Positions 62,008 through 64,000 of a stretch of DNA of 64,000 nucleotides are shown piece by piece. Location of the stretch: the NCBI GenBank assembly GCA_023247215.1, contig JAHFGX010000001.1, positions 36,880 to 100,879 of the forward strand, given 5' to 3'. The translations under genes and the position numbers were made by a program. How positions within the stretch are numbered: the stretch's first letter is position 1; the number at the start of each line of letters is the position of its first letter. Source of the DNA: Candidatus Omnitrophota bacterium (GTDB lineage: Bacteria; Omnitrophota; Gorgyraeia; Aquiviventales; Aquiviventaceae). The notes below the pieces were generated by a model. It made no database searches, was not told the origin of the DNA, and was given only the letters and a program-made list of their open reading frames with translations.

Positions 62008-64000
62008 ATGGTTGCGCAAGTGGTCTTCAACCTGCCGATTAATCGCGCGTTCGATTACGCGATCCCCGACGCGATGCGCTCCCGCGTGCAGCCCGGCATG
62101 CGGGTCGTGGCCCCGTTCGGCCACCGGCGATTGGTCGGCATGGTCGTGCGGCTCCAGTCCCGCAGCCGTCTCCGCCGCCGGTTGAAAACGCTGCTCCGCG
62201 TTTTGGACGCCGCCCCCGTGCTTCCGCCGGAGGGATTTGAGTTGGCGCGGTGGATCGCGGACTACTACTACTGCAGCCTGGGCGAAGCGTGTGCCAGCAT
62301 CGTGCCTTCGGCGCTCCGGATTCGGCCGCCGCGAGCCGCCGCGCCGGCGCGCATGGAGCCGGCCCTGCCCGCGGTGCCGGCGCGCGCGGAAGAGCCGCCT
62401 CTCCAGCTCACTGAACCCCAGCAGGCGGCGTGGAATCGCATGGCCGCCGACCTCTCCGCCGGCCGCCATGAAACCTTTCTCGTGCATGGCGTGACCGGGT
62501 CAGGGAAGACCGAACTCTATTTGCGCGCGGTGGACTTGTCGCTCTCGCAAGGCAAAGCGGCGGTGGTGCTTGTGCCGGAGATCGCGCTGACCCCGCAAAC
62601 CATTGACCGGTTCCGCCAGCGGTTCGGCGAGGCGGTGGCGCTGTGGCACAGCCGCGTGACGGCGCGCCAGCGGGCGCAGACCTGGCAGGAGCTGCTGGAA
62701 GGGCGCCGGCGCGTGGTCGTCGGCACGCGCTCCGCCGTCTTCGCGCCGGTCGCGCCCCTGGGGGTCATCATCCTGGACGAGGAGCACGACCCCTCCTATA
62801 AGCAGGACGACGTGCCCCGCTACCATGCCCGCGACGTCGCGCGGGAGCGCGCGCGGCGCGCCGGCGCGCCGTTGATTTTAGGCAGCGCGACCCCCTCCAT
62901 TGAAAGCTATTTCGAGGCCGTCTCGGGCCGCGCGCAATTGCTGGAGCTGCCGGAGCGCGTCGCCGGCCGGCCGCTTCCTGCCATTGAGCTGATTGACATG
63001 CGCGAGGAGCTGGGGGCGCGGCACCGCCTGCTGCCTCTCTCGCGGCGCCTCCAGCGCGCGCTGGAGCGGGTGGTGCAGTCGAACGAACAAGCCATCCTCC
63101 TGCTGAACCGCCGGGGGTTCGCCCGGACGCTGATGTGCCCGGTCTGCGGCACGGTGGTGCGCTGCGCGCAGTGCGACGTGCCCATGGTCTATCACGCCCA
63201 GTCGTCACGAGTGCGCTGCCACTATTGCAACGCGCATCAGCCGCCGCCCGAGACGTGCCCCGCCTGCCACAAGGGGTACGTGCGGTTCCGGGGCGCGGGC
63301 ACCGAGCGCATCGAATCCGAGCTGCACCGGCTCTTTCCCGCCTCCGGCATCGGCCGGATGGACCGCGACACCACCACGGGGCGCGACAGCCACCGGCAGC
63401 TCTACGAGGCGATCAAGACCCATCAGGTGGATTTGATGGTCGGCACGCAGATGGTGGCGAAAGGGTGGGACTTGCCGCAGGTGACTGTGGTGGGCGTCAT
63501 CTCGGCGGACACCGCGTTGAACCTGCCGGATTTCCGCGCCGGCGAGCGGACCTTTGATCTGCTCACGCAGGTAGCGGGACGCGCGGGGCGCGGCGAGCGG
63601 CCCGGGCAGGTGTTCATTCAGACGTACTGCCCCACTCACTACGCGATCCAAGCCGCGGCGCGGCACGACTACCGGGGATTTTTCCAGGCCGAGCTGCAGA
63701 TGCGGCAGCGCCTGCAGTTGCCGCCCGCCGCGCATCTCGTAGAGCTCACCGTCCAAGGCTCCACGGCCGCGCGCGTCCAGGCCGCGGCAGAGGCGCTGGC
63801 CGAGGCGCTGCGCAAGGCGATTGGGCGGCGTGGCATTGTGCTCTTGGGCCCGTCGCCGCACCGCATCGCGCGCGTGCGCCGCCTGACGCGCTGGCACGTG
63901 ATTCTCCGGGCCGCGAAGGTGCCGCCGATCGTGGAGGCGGTGCGGAAGGTGCTGGGGCAGAGCCGGCAGTTCAAAGGATTGCCGGTGCTAGTGGACGTGG
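62008..64000 (+). CDS. priA: Primosomal protein N' (PriA helicase), N-terminal about 660 aa; 3' end outside the window
   Basis: VHGVTGSGKTE Walker A; DEEHD (DExH); Cys-rich zinc-binding insert CPVCG...CAQCD...CHYCN...CPAC. Frame 1 is open from 62008 to the window end. Confidence 0.85.
   Translation, partial: MVAQVVFNLPINRAFDYAIPDAMRSRVQPGMRVVAPFGHRRLVGMVVRLQSRSRLRRRLKTLLRVLDAAPVLPPEGFELARWIADYYYCSLGEACASIVPSALRIRPPRAAAPARMEPALPAVPARAEEPPLQLTEPQQAAWNRMAADLSAGRHETFLVHGVTGSGKTELYLRAVDLSLSQGKAAVVLVPEIALTPQTIDRFRQRFGEAVALWHSRVTARQRAQTWQELLEGRRRVVVGTRSAVFAPVAPLGVIILDEEHDPSYKQDDVPRYHARDVARERARRAGAPLILGSATPSIESYFEAVSGRAQLLELPERVAGRPLPAIELIDMREELGARHRLLPLSRRLQRALERVVQSNEQAILLLNRRGFARTLMCPVCGTVVRCAQCDVPMVYHAQSSRVRCHYCNAHQPPPETCPACHKGYVRFRGAGTERIESELHRLFPASGIGRMDRDTTTGRDSHRQLYEAIKTHQVDLMVGTQMVAKGWDLPQVTVVGVISADTALNLPDFRAGERTFDLLTQVAGRAGRGERPGQVFIQTYCPTHYAIQAAARHDYRGFFQAELQMRQRLQLPPAAHLVELTVQGSTAARVQAAAEALAEALRKAIGRRGIVLLGPSPHRIARVRRLTRWHVILRAAKVPPIVEAVRKVLGQSRQFKGLPVLVDV

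Noticed and set aside
1-64000. Genomic island or mobile element carrying the glycan locus
   Set aside because: I saw no integrase, transposase, tRNA or flanking direct repeats, and GC content appears uniform. The right flank is ordinary housekeeping (UDG, priA). The left flank is not visible, so an island cannot be fully excluded.
1-64000. CRISPR arrays, rRNA or tRNA genes
   Set aside because: No regularly spaced direct repeats. No stretch lacks protein-coding signal long enough for a structured RNA gene. The longest non-coding gaps are about 40-110 bp.

Overview
Essentially the whole 64-kb window is a single, almost entirely co-directional (+ strand) surface-glycan biosynthesis locus of LPS/O-antigen/capsule type. 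It lies in a high-GC genome (roughly 65-70% GC by eye). The right edge is marked by housekeeping genes, a family-4 uracil-DNA glycosylase and a partial priA; the left edge runs off the window inside a GT2 glycosyltransferase. I count about 60 tightly packed genes. Roughly 16 junctions are 4-nt ATGA/GTGA start-stop overlaps, consistent with translational coupling in one very long operon-like array. Contents are as follows. Glycosyltransferases and assembly: a WecA/MraY-type initiating phosphoglycosyltransferase fused to a CoA_binding_3-like domain, a Wzx flippase, an O-antigen ligase/polymerase-like protein, two GT9 heptosyltransferases, GT2 and GT4 glycosyltransferases, three GT-C-like membrane glycosyltransferases paired with two Dpm1-like polyprenol-phosphate sugar synthases, and a GT28 MGDG-synthase-like protein. 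Sugar modification: a nonulosonic-acid module (NeuB-like synthase without SAF domain, mini-HAD phosphatase, NeuA-like cytidylyltransferase, class-III aminotransferase, AsnB-like amidotransferase); a C-methyl deoxysugar module (4,6-dehydratase, FdtA-like cupin, TylC3-like C-methyltransferase, epimerase, Gfo/Idh/MocA); a carbamoyltransferase, two NodB deacetylases, a membrane-anchored SGNH hydrolase-like protein, a PhyH-like dioxygenase and at least six SAM methyltransferases. The most unusual part is a sub-module at about 19.1-28.6 kb. It contains a DegT aminotransferase, a 542-aa DRE-TIM (HMGL-like) aldolase, a HAD phosphatase, an FNR-like reductase, a 2x[4Fe-4S] ferredoxin-like protein, a KdsB-type CMP-ulosonate synthetase and a B12-binding radical SAM enzyme. 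It is flanked by two TagF/KpsC-like transferases of about 640 aa each. I interpret it as a candidate uncharacterised pathway for a modified, possibly C-methylated, ulosonic acid, possibly made by a pyruvate aldolase route rather than from PEP. No tRNA, rRNA, CRISPR, integrase or transposase was seen. All functional calls are from motif recognition by eye and nothing was searched. Many antisense or overlapping ORFs in the track are high-GC shadow ORFs and were ignored.
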